Shown in pieces: positions 35,921 through 43,597 of a stretch of DNA of 64,000 nt (position 1 is its first letter; each line of letters opens with the position of its first letter). Source of the DNA: Dehalococcoidia bacterium (GTDB taxonomy: Bacteria > Chloroflexota > Dehalococcoidia > Lucifugimonadales > UBA3495); the NCBI GenBank assembly GCA_963668585.1, contig OY764869.1, positions 1,099,106-1,163,105 of the forward strand. Reading direction: 5' to 3'. The notes beneath the pieces are model-generated. The model saw only the letters and a list, made by a program, of their open reading frames with translations. It did not search any database and was not told where the DNA came from. A program made the translations under genes and the position numbers.

Positions 35921-36229
35921 TCAGGACGCGACAGTACGAAAATCGACGTGCAGCACGTTGCCGGTGCGAGGATCCCACTGGATTTCCGAGGTCTCCACGT
36001 TGTATTCGCCGGACTCGCCGGCGATGGTGACGGTCATGGGATTTCCAAACTCGCCGCCCGCGGCGCTGATGGCGAGCAGCAACGCGCGCACCTCGCACTG
36101 CAGGGAACGGGAGTCAACGCCGCGTCCGTAAAGATGAACGGGCACGATGCCGCCGCGACGCAGGTTTTTCACCTTCTTGCCGACGGTGGCGCGAGTTTCA
36201 AGTTCGAGGGAAGCCGCCTGGGTGGTCAT
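35921..36229 (-). CDS. rplY: 50S ribosomal protein L25 (short form)
   Basis: 102-aa ORF containing ...RATVGKKVKNLRRGGIVPVHLYGRG..., the typical L25 N-terminal domain. Confidence 0.8.
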   Translation of the reverse strand: MTTQAASLELETRATVGKKVKNLRRGGIVPVHLYGRGVDSRSLQCEVRALLLAISAAGGEFGNPMTVTIAGESGEYNVETSEIQWDPRTGNVLHVDFRTVAS

Positions 36230-36592
36230 TGTTGCTGGAACTCCTGGGTGCTGATGGCGTGAAGCAGCCCGCAGGGGCCGCCAAGTGAGGCCATATCATA
36301 GCACATACACCACAGCAGCAATGACGGCGGCTGTGGTGTCACGGCGCGAAGAGGTTCAGGTCACGCCGGAGGCGCATCGGCAGACATTCGGGTGACCTCC
36401 GCCTGCGGAGTTTTGGAGATGATGTGGCCGATCTCCAGGCAGCAGAACCGGGCGGGGGAACGCGATACCGTTGTAGCGAACTTCTTGCAGAGATGACAAA
36501 CACGTGCTTGACATCGAGGATGGCGATCGGCGCAGCGACGACAGTAGGGTTGGCAATGGCAATCGATTTTGGAAGAAGACGAAATCGTCCTT

Positions 36593-36928
36593 CTAGGATT
36601 CTAAGGCTTTGGCGAGTTTTGCCAGGGTTGATTGGACATCGAGCGCGGAGTGGCGCGCGAGTATGTACAAACGCCCCACTTGCTGAGTTCGGTTGTTGCT
36701 TTCTTCGCCCGGCCCTATTACTTCAATGGTTTCGCCCATTTCATCAAGGATCTCAAGCCGATAGCTAGTCGGAATCACCCAACCCCCAACCGGCAACTCA
36801 CGCACTACGACTGAAATTGTATCGACGGACGTGACGAATTGGTTGCTCTCCACCGTGCGGCTCCATTTCAATGTGCCATTGGTGGTTCGCTCGATGAGTC
36901 CCTCCAATATGTTGTCCAATTGACTCAT
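36593..36928 (-). CDS. hypothetical protein (downstream gene of a two-gene cassette)
   Basis: 111-aa ORF whose start overlaps the upstream stop by 4 nt. GC is visibly lower than in the neighbours. Confidence 0.55.
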   Translation of the reverse strand: MSQLDNILEGLIERTTNGTLKWSRTVESNQFVTSVDTISVVVRELPVGGWVIPTSYRLEILDEMGETIEVIGPGEESNNRTQQVGRLYILARHSALDVQSTLAKLAKALES

Positions 36929-37440
36929 TTCGTCTCCCCTTGCGAATCGCCAAAGCCCATTGCGCTGGCCAATTCCTCCAAGTCGCTCTGGATATTGTTC
37001 AGGTTCTGATTTAGCCGAGATCGATCGTGTTCGGTGATCCCCGCTACGAAACGTTCTCTGACAAAGTCTTCCATCAGCCTGATCTCTGTTCTGGCAGTTG
37101 TGAGTCTCTCCCGAAACTCAGTCTGGTGCTCCGGACAACGGACGATAATGCCAGTGAGCATCTCTCGCAACGTTTGGTAATGCTCCCTGGCGGCCTCCCA
37201 TTGGCTATTGTCATGCAATGTTTTGACAAGTTGGATCAATCCGATGGCGCGCTGCAAATCTACGGTCTGCAAATGGCGGGCGATTTGGTCCCGAGTCTCG
37301 TCGGCTGCAGTTTGCGCCGCTTGGGATGCGGATCTGGCGCCGCGAGCCTCCGTGATCGCCCAGCCGAGGCCACCCAACGAGACGAGAATTCCAACTACGG
37401 TGGCAGCATCGCCCCAAGTGGCCGACCAAAACTCCATCAT
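36925..37440 (-). CDS. hypothetical membrane-anchored helical protein (upstream gene of a two-gene cassette)
   Basis: 171-aa ORF with one N-terminal hydrophobic segment (AATVVGILVSLGGLGWAI) followed by a long charged helical region. A TATAAT box lies about 11 nt upstream of the ATG. Confidence 0.55.
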   Translation of the reverse strand: MMEFWSATWGDAATVVGILVSLGGLGWAITEARGARSASQAAQTAADETRDQIARHLQTVDLQRAIGLIQLVKTLHDNSQWEAAREHYQTLREMLTGIIVRCPEHQTEFRERLTTARTEIRLMEDFVRERFVAGITEHDRSRLNQNLNNIQSDLEELASAMGFGDSQGETK

Positions 37441-37575
37441 ATGTCGTGATTATAGCCCTTTACCAGATCATTGGCGAAGCGGCGAAATTGCCCAGCTGAC
37501 CAACTCGCATTCTAGGGGGTGTCGTCAAAACCATGTGAGGGTGATAGATTGGAGTGAGTTGGGAGAGTTTGGAGG

Positions 37576-37959
37576 GTGGGGAGTATGCGAGCAGCGCACC
37601 GGCGCCACGATATGACTGATGATGTTTGGGAGCGATTGAGGCCGCATCTGCCCGGGGGAGAGGGCAAGCAGGGCAGACCGGCCCATGACAACCGTCGGTT
37701 TATCGACGCCGTGTGCTGGATTTTGCGTACCGGAGCGCCCTGGCGGGATTTGCCGCCGGACTACGGAGACTGGAAGAACACCCACCGGCGGTTCTGCCGC
37801 TGGCGGGACCGTGGAGTGTGGTCCGGACTGCTGGAGGCGGTGATGGATGACCCTGATTTCGAATGGCTGATGATCGACGCCAGCTATATCAAGGCCCATC
37901 CCCATAGCGCTGGGGCCCGGGGCGGCAACCAGGCCATGGGCCGCACCAAAGGGGGCTGA
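37576..37959 (+). CDS. IS5-family transposase, orfA
   Basis: ...MTDDVWERLRPHLPG...RFIDAVCWILRTGAPWRDLP...W..THRRFCRWRDRGVW is the typical IS5/IS427 N-terminus. Confidence 0.85.
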   Translation: MGSMRAAHRRHDMTDDVWERLRPHLPGGEGKQGRPAHDNRRFIDAVCWILRTGAPWRDLPPDYGDWKNTHRRFCRWRDRGVWSGLLEAVMDDPDFEWLMIDASYIKAHPHSAGARGGNQAMGRTKGG

Positions 37960-37979
37960 ACAGCAAGCTGCACCTGGCG

Positions 37980-38348
37980 GTGGACTCCCACGGGATGCCG
38001 GTCAGGCTGGCCGTTACCGAGGGCACGGAGGCCGACTCCTCCCAGGCATTGCGTCTGATCCAGGGGATCGAGGCCCAGTGCCTGCTGGCGGACAAAGCCT
38101 ACGACACCAATGAAATCATAGCCACGGCCCGGGAATTGGGCATGGACCCAGTGATACCACCGAAGAGGAACCGGAGGGAGCAGCGGGACTATGACCCGGC
38201 GCTGTACCGGTTGAGACACCTGGTGGAGAACGGTTTCCTGGAGTTCAAGCAGTGGCGCGGCGTGGCGACCCGTTATGCCAAGAGAGCCGCGTCTTACCTG
38301 GCCATCTGCCAACTCCGGGCAGTGATGGTCTGGAGCAAACTCTTTTGA
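37980..38348 (+). CDS. IS5-family transposase, orfB (DDE part)
   Basis: The frame is open from about 37956 (LNSKLHLAVDSHGMP...LLADKAYD...VENGFLEFKQWRGVATRY). It joins orfA by a -1 shift at AAAGGGGG (37948-37955). Confidence 0.85.
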   Translation: MDSHGMPVRLAVTEGTEADSSQALRLIQGIEAQCLLADKAYDTNEIIATARELGMDPVIPPKRNRREQRDYDPALYRLRHLVENGFLEFKQWRGVATRYAKRAASYLAICQLRAVMVWSKLF

Positions 38349-38510
38349 CGACACCCCCTAGGATGTCGAGTCTGATGCCTGTCGGATGGTCTTCTCGGCG
38401 AAGTCGGTGCGATGTCGGTGGCCATGGGGAAAGTTCAACACCCATCGACAAACTCAGAATCCACATCAGGCGGACACGTCCACCACAAGACGTAGCGGCA
38501 GGCAACCAAT

Positions 38511-38608
38511 GCCATTCGATTGTCAACGGCAGACTACGCAACCACGCTAATGGCAAACCACGCAGTCCGCTCATCCTGAGCCTGTCGAAGGACGAGCGGA
38601 CGGTGACG
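38511..38608 (+). repeat. intergenic palindromic element, copy 10 (core 38567-38599)
   Basis: The L-arm is gccattcgattgtcaacggcag. The core is ccgctcatcctgagcctgtcgaaggacgagcgg. Confidence 0.75.
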
Positions 38609-38697
38609 CCATGTCGTTGACGCCGCGCTGCGCCCACCGCTAACCTGTACATACGTTCGCCTAAACCGGCGGATGAATTTTTTTGAGGCCGCGCCGA

Positions 38698-38949
38698 ATG
38701 GCGCGCGAGGTGTTCGTGTTGAATTGTCGTCGATGTGGATCGGAGGCTTTGCTCGAATTGGGCGGCCTCGACGGGGCGGATCATACGGTGTTCCGCTGTC
38801 GCGATTGCGGGTTCCTGTTCAGCCCGCCGGCCGAGGCGGCGCGGGCGCCCGGCGTTGTGCAGTCCCCGCTGCGTCCGGATGGATTGGCGGTCGGTCGCCG
38901 CACCGGTTACGTGGCCCCGGCGCGCCGCCGTCCGGCGAGGGATCGGTAG
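38698..38949 (+). CDS. small zinc-ribbon protein (CxxC...CxxC), phage-associated by position
   Basis: MAREVFVLNCRRCGSEALLELGGLDGADHTVFRCRDCGFLFSPP..., lying directly upstream of the terminase. Confidence 0.45.
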   Translation: MAREVFVLNCRRCGSEALLELGGLDGADHTVFRCRDCGFLFSPPAEAARAPGVVQSPLRPDGLAVGRRTGYVAPARRRPARDR

Positions 38950-39066
38950 TCCCTGGCCCGGCCGGGGACTGACGGCACGCAAGCCCCCAATGATGACGCC
39001 GGAGCCTGCGCCGATAAACCCGACGGAGCAAAGGAGACCATCGATCCCACGCGGTTCGCCGTTGAG

Positions 39067-40539
39067 GTGCTGGGAGTCGCCCTGTGGGACAAGCAGATGG
39101 AGGTGTTGAACGCGGTGCAGCGCGAGCGTCGTGTGGCGGTCAAGTCGGGCAATGGCCTGGGCAAGGATTTCACCGCTGCGGTGGCCGTGCTCTGGTACCT
39201 GTACTGCCACGACCCCGGCATCGTCCTCAGCACCGCGCCCACCTTCCGGCAGGTGAGGCACGTCCTGTGGCGGCAGATTCACGCGCTGCACCGCCGCGCC
39301 AAGGACACCCTGGGCGGCAGGCTCTTGGATACTCGGTGGGAACTGGCGGAAGACCGGTACGCCCTGGGCCTGTCGGCGGACGGCGCCGACCAGTTCCAGG
39401 GTTTCCACTCCGAAAACGTTCTGGTGGTGGTGGACGAAGCCGAGGGCGTGGACGAGGAAATCTACGAAGCCATCGACTCGGTGATGACCTCGGGCAACTC
39501 CACCCTGCTGCTCATCGGCAACCCCACCACCACGTCGGGCCCCTTTTACCGCGCCTTTCACGAGGAGAGCGGCATCTACACCACCATCACGATCTCCGCG
39601 CTGGAGTCGCCCAACGTGCGGGCCGGCAGCGTGGAGGTGGCGGGCCTGACCACCGCGGAATGGGTGGCGGAACGGCGAATCGTCTGGGGCGAGGACAGCG
39701 ACCTGTTCCGCGCCCGCGTCCTGGGACAGTTCCCGGAGAGAGGAGAGGACACGTTGATCTCCATGAGAGACATCCAGGCGGCAGTTTATGAGCCGACCGG
39801 GGACGCTTTTACAGAGATAAACAGGATGAACAGGATGAACGGGATGCCCGGCTTTGATCCGGAGGTTGCCTCAGAAACCGGGCAGTCTCCGGATGGCAGC
39901 GCAGGGGCGGACGATCATTCGCCCCCACCCGAGCGAGAAGGCCGATTTCAGGCGGCTGATCCCTTCGGTATGTTCCAGCCCATGATGAGCCGGGCGCTTG
40001 GTCGGGCGGCCGGCCCGGTGGTCATCGGCGTTGACATCGCCCGCTTCGGCAGCGACCGCACCGTCGTGCTGGTGCGGCGCGGCGACACCGTCGAATCCAT
40101 CCGCACGTTCTCCCGCCTCGACACCATGGCCTCGGTGGGCCAGGTGATGGCGGCGATACGGGAGCACAGTCCGGATCGGGTCAACGTGGACTCCATCGGC
40201 ATCGGCGCGGGAGTGGTGGATCGGCTGCGCGAGTTGGGAATGCGGGTATCGGCAATCAACGTTGCCATGAAACCGAAGCGGGACCCGACCTGCGCCAACC
40301 TCCGCGCCGAAGGCTACCAGTCCCTGGTCCGGCGGTTCCGCGACCGGCGCATCAGAATACCCAACGATGCCGGCCTGATCTCCGAACTCGCTTCGCTGCG
40401 CTACGGCTACGACAGCAGGGGCAGGCTGCTGCTGATCGGCAAGCGAAATCTGCGCAGTCGCGGCATCAAGTCCCCGGACAAGGCCGACGCGCTCATGCTG
40501 GCGTTCCTCGACGAAGGTCCCGAAGAGCCCTACCCGTAA
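39067..40539 (+). CDS. phage terminase large subunit
   Basis: The Walker A-like motif is VKSGNGLGKD and the Walker B is VLVVVDEAEG. The nuclease half contains ...VIGVDIARFGSDRTVV... The conserved-looking upstream peptide IDPTRFAVEVLG has no in-frame ATG or GTG, so the true start is uncertain. Confidence 0.8.
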   Translation: MLGVALWDKQMEVLNAVQRERRVAVKSGNGLGKDFTAAVAVLWYLYCHDPGIVLSTAPTFRQVRHVLWRQIHALHRRAKDTLGGRLLDTRWELAEDRYALGLSADGADQFQGFHSENVLVVVDEAEGVDEEIYEAIDSVMTSGNSTLLLIGNPTTTSGPFYRAFHEESGIYTTITISALESPNVRAGSVEVAGLTTAEWVAERRIVWGEDSDLFRARVLGQFPERGEDTLISMRDIQAAVYEPTGDAFTEINRMNRMNGMPGFDPEVASETGQSPDGSAGADDHSPPPEREGRFQAADPFGMFQPMMSRALGRAAGPVVIGVDIARFGSDRTVVLVRRGDTVESIRTFSRLDTMASVGQVMAAIREHSPDRVNVDSIGIGAGVVDRLRELGMRVSAINVAMKPKRDPTCANLRAEGYQSLVRRFRDRRIRIPNDAGLISELASLRYGYDSRGRLLLIGKRNLRSRGIKSPDKADALMLAFLDEGPEEPYP

Positions 40540-40668
40540 CCCCCGCGCCGGCGCGGGAACTGCACCTGCCCACCGCCGCCGGACACAGGGCCCCACCACC
40601 GAAACCGCAGGGGGGAATGTTCATTCGCCCCGCATCACAATGCACAAACCTCATGGAGTTATCAGGCG

Positions 40669-41982
40669 ATGAAAGACATAACGAAGATGCTGCGCGCATC
40701 CTTCGGCAGACTCGGAATGAACGGGGAATCGGTTGACGGCGGGACGAGTCGGGGTTCCGTGGTGCAGCGCGCCAACCGCGCGGCGGCCGCCAACCGCCTG
40801 CCGGGAGAGCAGTCGGACACCTTCGGCGCCGGCGGCGAGGGTTGGGCGCGTCCGGAATACGGGCGCTACATGGCGACGTCGCCGTCGGTGTACGCTGCGG
40901 TCAGGCTGCGCGCCGAAGCGGTTACGCGCCCGCCGCTGCGCGTGTACCGAACGGAGGCCGCCACTCGCCGCGCGCCAGTGGAGCCGACCCATCCGGTGGC
41001 GCGCCTGCTGGAGCGCGTCAACCCGTGGTACACCCGCGCCGACCTCTGGCGGGCCACGGAAATCTACCTGTGCCTGTGGGGGTCGGCGTTCTGGGCCATT
41101 GAGCGGGGCGAGGACGGACAACCGGAGTTGTGGCCCCTGCGCCCCGACCGCATGGCGATCATACCCGACCGCCGCCGCTACGTGCGCGGCTTCGTGTATC
41201 GCGGCGCGGTGGAGCAGGTGGCCTACACCCCCGACGAGGTGGTGTGGCTGCGCTATTTCAACCCGTTGGAGGAGATGGCGGGACTGTCTCCGCTGGCCCC
41301 GGCCCGGCTGTCGGCGGATATGGGACACGAGGGGCTGCAATTCAACCGACACCTGCTCCGCAACTCCGCCCGTCCCGATTTTCTGCTGCTCACCAACCAG
41401 GAGATGAACGACGCGGAGTTGGAGGACTTCTACGCCCGTTGGGAACAGCGCTATCAGGGTCCCGACAACGCCCACCGTCCCGCCGTGGCGTCGGCCGTGC
41501 GCGACGTCAAGACGCTGGGCCTCTCCCACCGCGACATCGATTTCATCCAGGGCCTGCGCTGGAGCCTGGAGGAGGTCAGCCGCACTTACGGCGTGCCCAA
41601 ACTGCTGCTGGGCGATTTCGAGCGCGCCACCTACGCCAACGTGCAGGCGTCCGACAGGATGTTCTGGCGCAATACCGTCGTGCCCGAGGTGCGGTTCCTG
41701 GAGGACCAGATGAACCGCGCGCTGCTGCCCAAACTGGGGTATCCGGACCTGACGGTTGAGTTCGACCTGTCGGCCGTCGAGGCGTTGCAGGAGGACGAGA
41801 ACAGCCGCGTCCAGCGCGAAACGGCCCTGCTGGATCGCGGGGTCCTCACCATCAACGAGGTACGCCGGGACCACAACCTCCCAGAGGTGCCCTGGGGGGA
41901 GGCGCCAACCCGGCGCGGGCCGGGATCAGCGTCGCAGGGCTCCGACCATCTCCGCATTAACGCCAGTCATTCCCGGGCATGA
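40669..41982 (+). CDS. phage portal protein (HK97-like)
   Basis: 437-aa ORF containing ...LWGSAFWAIERGEDGQPELWPLRPDRM... and ...FLLLTNQEM..., typical of portal proteins. Confidence 0.8.
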   Translation: MKDITKMLRASFGRLGMNGESVDGGTSRGSVVQRANRAAAANRLPGEQSDTFGAGGEGWARPEYGRYMATSPSVYAAVRLRAEAVTRPPLRVYRTEAATRRAPVEPTHPVARLLERVNPWYTRADLWRATEIYLCLWGSAFWAIERGEDGQPELWPLRPDRMAIIPDRRRYVRGFVYRGAVEQVAYTPDEVVWLRYFNPLEEMAGLSPLAPARLSADMGHEGLQFNRHLLRNSARPDFLLLTNQEMNDAELEDFYARWEQRYQGPDNAHRPAVASAVRDVKTLGLSHRDIDFIQGLRWSLEEVSRTYGVPKLLLGDFERATYANVQASDRMFWRNTVVPEVRFLEDQMNRALLPKLGYPDLTVEFDLSAVEALQEDENSRVQRETALLDRGVLTINEVRRDHNLPEVPWGEAPTRRGPGSASQGSDHLRINASHSRA

Positions 41983-43144
41983 TGCGGAGCATGAACTCAT
42001 CGAACATTGGCACGGTGAAGTCGGTATCCCCGTGACTGGGACTCCAGATCATGCCCTTGTTGATGAGTTGCGCGCGCGTTGGAGCCAGCGACCTCACTGA
42101 ACGACCAAGCTCGTGAGCGATGTCGCCGGATCGATGCGGGCCCGCTCCAAGTCCTGCCATCGCTCTGACATAGCGCTTCTCCGAGGGGGTGAGTCGGTCG
42201 AACCGGACCAGGAAAAAACTTTGATCGAGGGCGGCCAGCGCCTGTTGGGCCGCGACTTCAACGTAAGGAAGAATGATGGGAGAAGATTCGGCAACGTCCC
42301 AGAGATGCTTTCCCCACTCCTGCAAAAAGTAGGGATAGCAGCGTGTTTGGGCGATTACGGCGTCGAGGGATGCATCGTCGATATCGACCCCTTCGTCCCG
42401 AGCGGGTTTGCTGATGGCGATGCGGGCGTCCTCGGGGGTCAACGCGCCTATTTCCGGAAACTCAAAAAGCCTTTCAGCATAGGATTTGGCCCTACCCATT
42501 TTGCCGCGCACCTGGGGAAGGCCGGCGCCGAGCATAACGATCGGACTCTGCCGCTGCGATGCGCGGTGCAAGGCGACTATCAGGGCGGCCAGTTCGTCTT
42601 CATCCACGTATTGGAGTTCGTCAATGAAAATGGCTACACAGGTGTTGTCCGCCGCTGCGGCTTCTCCAACCACCTCAAACAGCGCTTGCAAGTCGGTTTC
42701 CAGGTCCCCGTTGTCAGCAAGCCCGGGCTCAGGATCGAAGTCCAAAGCGACCTCGATGTCCTGGAACTTCACCTTGAGAGCCCCGACCAGACCGGCCAGC
42801 CCCCTCAGGGCTCGTTGCGCTTTGTCTTTTGCCGCTTCCCTGCGAGAGAGCCGCAGTAACGCGGCCCGCAACTGGGGCGCCAGCAGGGACGGCAGAGAAC
42901 GATTTTCTGGGGATTCGATGCTGAGGGTATATATGCCGCTCGCCTCTGCGTCTTGGCGAATGCGTTCCAACAGGACGGTCTTGCCGACACCGCGCAAACC
43001 AACCAACAGCAGACTTTTGCTGGAGCGCCCGATTCGGGTGCGCTCCAAAGCCACCCGCGCCGAGTCTCGGATGGTGTCACGACCAGCCAACTCGGGTGGG
43101 GGAGTTCCTGCGCCGGGAGCGTAGGGATTGCGGATGGGATCCAT
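41957..43144 (-). CDS. AAA ATPase (archaeal-ATPase/ORC-like) with a C-terminal winged-helix domain
   Basis: The Walker A is GLRGVGKT and the Walker B is AIFIDELQYV. The C-terminal region ...LTPSEKRYVRAMAGLG...IAHELGRS... looks like a winged helix. It is convergent with the portal gene and overlaps its 3' end by 26 nt. Confidence 0.7.
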   Translation of the reverse strand: MDPIRNPYAPGAGTPPPELAGRDTIRDSARVALERTRIGRSSKSLLLVGLRGVGKTVLLERIRQDAEASGIYTLSIESPENRSLPSLLAPQLRAALLRLSRREAAKDKAQRALRGLAGLVGALKVKFQDIEVALDFDPEPGLADNGDLETDLQALFEVVGEAAAADNTCVAIFIDELQYVDEDELAALIVALHRASQRQSPIVMLGAGLPQVRGKMGRAKSYAERLFEFPEIGALTPEDARIAISKPARDEGVDIDDASLDAVIAQTRCYPYFLQEWGKHLWDVAESSPIILPYVEVAAQQALAALDQSFFLVRFDRLTPSEKRYVRAMAGLGAGPHRSGDIAHELGRSVRSLAPTRAQLINKGMIWSPSHGDTDFTVPMFDEFMLRIMPGNDWR

Positions 43145-43156
43145 AGCACAATGTTA

Positions 43157-43223
43157 TAGCAAAGTTAGCAAAGTTACAAGTTTTTTATAAACCATAGTAA
43201 CTTGAGATAAATTGCAGTAACTT
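43157..43223. promoter_or_regulatory. AT-rich iteron-like region upstream of the AAA ATPase gene
   Basis: tagcaaagt occurs twice in tandem (43157-43174). AAGTTAC (43171-43177) faces two GTAACTT copies (43197-43203 and 43217-43223). Confidence 0.4.
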
Positions 43224-43308
43224 CGCTATACATCGCCTCAAACCCTGCCCGCGCTGGGTACGTCGGAGGGCATCGCAGGGTCATTCGATTGTGGCGTATC
43301 CCCAACCG

Positions 43309-43470
43309 TCATGCCGGCGAAAGCCGGTAGATGGATTCACATTTCAAGTGCAACATATCATTGGCGAATATTTCCGTGGCGAATATTTCCGTCGGCGTCC
43401 GATAGCCCAAGCACTTCCGAGGAGTGTTGTGGTACTCCTGCACCAACTGGGTGAACCGTTCCGGCAACAG
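43309..43470 (-). pseudogene. C-terminal fragment of an IS30-family transposase
   Basis: ...FTQLVQEYHNTPRKCLGYRTPTEIF matches the IS30 C-terminal N.RPRK.LGY.TP.E.F signature. No upstream catalytic domain is present. It contains a 15-bp tandem duplication at 43363-43392. Confidence 0.6.
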
Positions 43471-43503
43471 CAATTGCCTTTTGCCGGGTGAATCGAAACA
43501 CCA
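43452..43503 (+). repeat. R-arm-only copy of the palindromic MITE/REP-like element
   Basis: gaaccgttccggcaacagcaattgccttttgccgggtgaatcgaaacacc compares with the R-arm gaaccgttctggcaacggcaattgcctgttgccaggataatcgaatggcc. Confidence 0.6.
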
Positions 43504-43597
43504 TGACAAAACCATGCCCTGCTTGAATATCCTCCGCGCGGGACAGATAATGCCCTCGGGTCTCATACCTTTTTCATAACGGGGGCTCGATAACTTT

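Larger units (their letters stand above)
37515..38358 (+). mobile_element. IS5-family (IS427/IS1031-like) insertion sequence, 844 bp, apparently complete
   Basis: The 16-bp terminal inverted repeats are perfect: gggggtgtcgtcaaaa (37515-37530) and ttttgacgacaccccc (38343-38358). TA flanks both sides. The transposase is in two frames. Confidence 0.85.

Noticed and set aside
38950-39066. An N-terminal extension of the terminase via an ATG-ATG at about 38990, joined by a frameshift at the AAA near 39029-39032.
   Set aside because: It would give a plausible MMTPEPAPINPTEQ(K)ETIDPTRFAVEVLG... peptide, but it rests on a hypothetical 1-nt indel in a run of only 3 bases. I mention it as an uncertainty, not a call.
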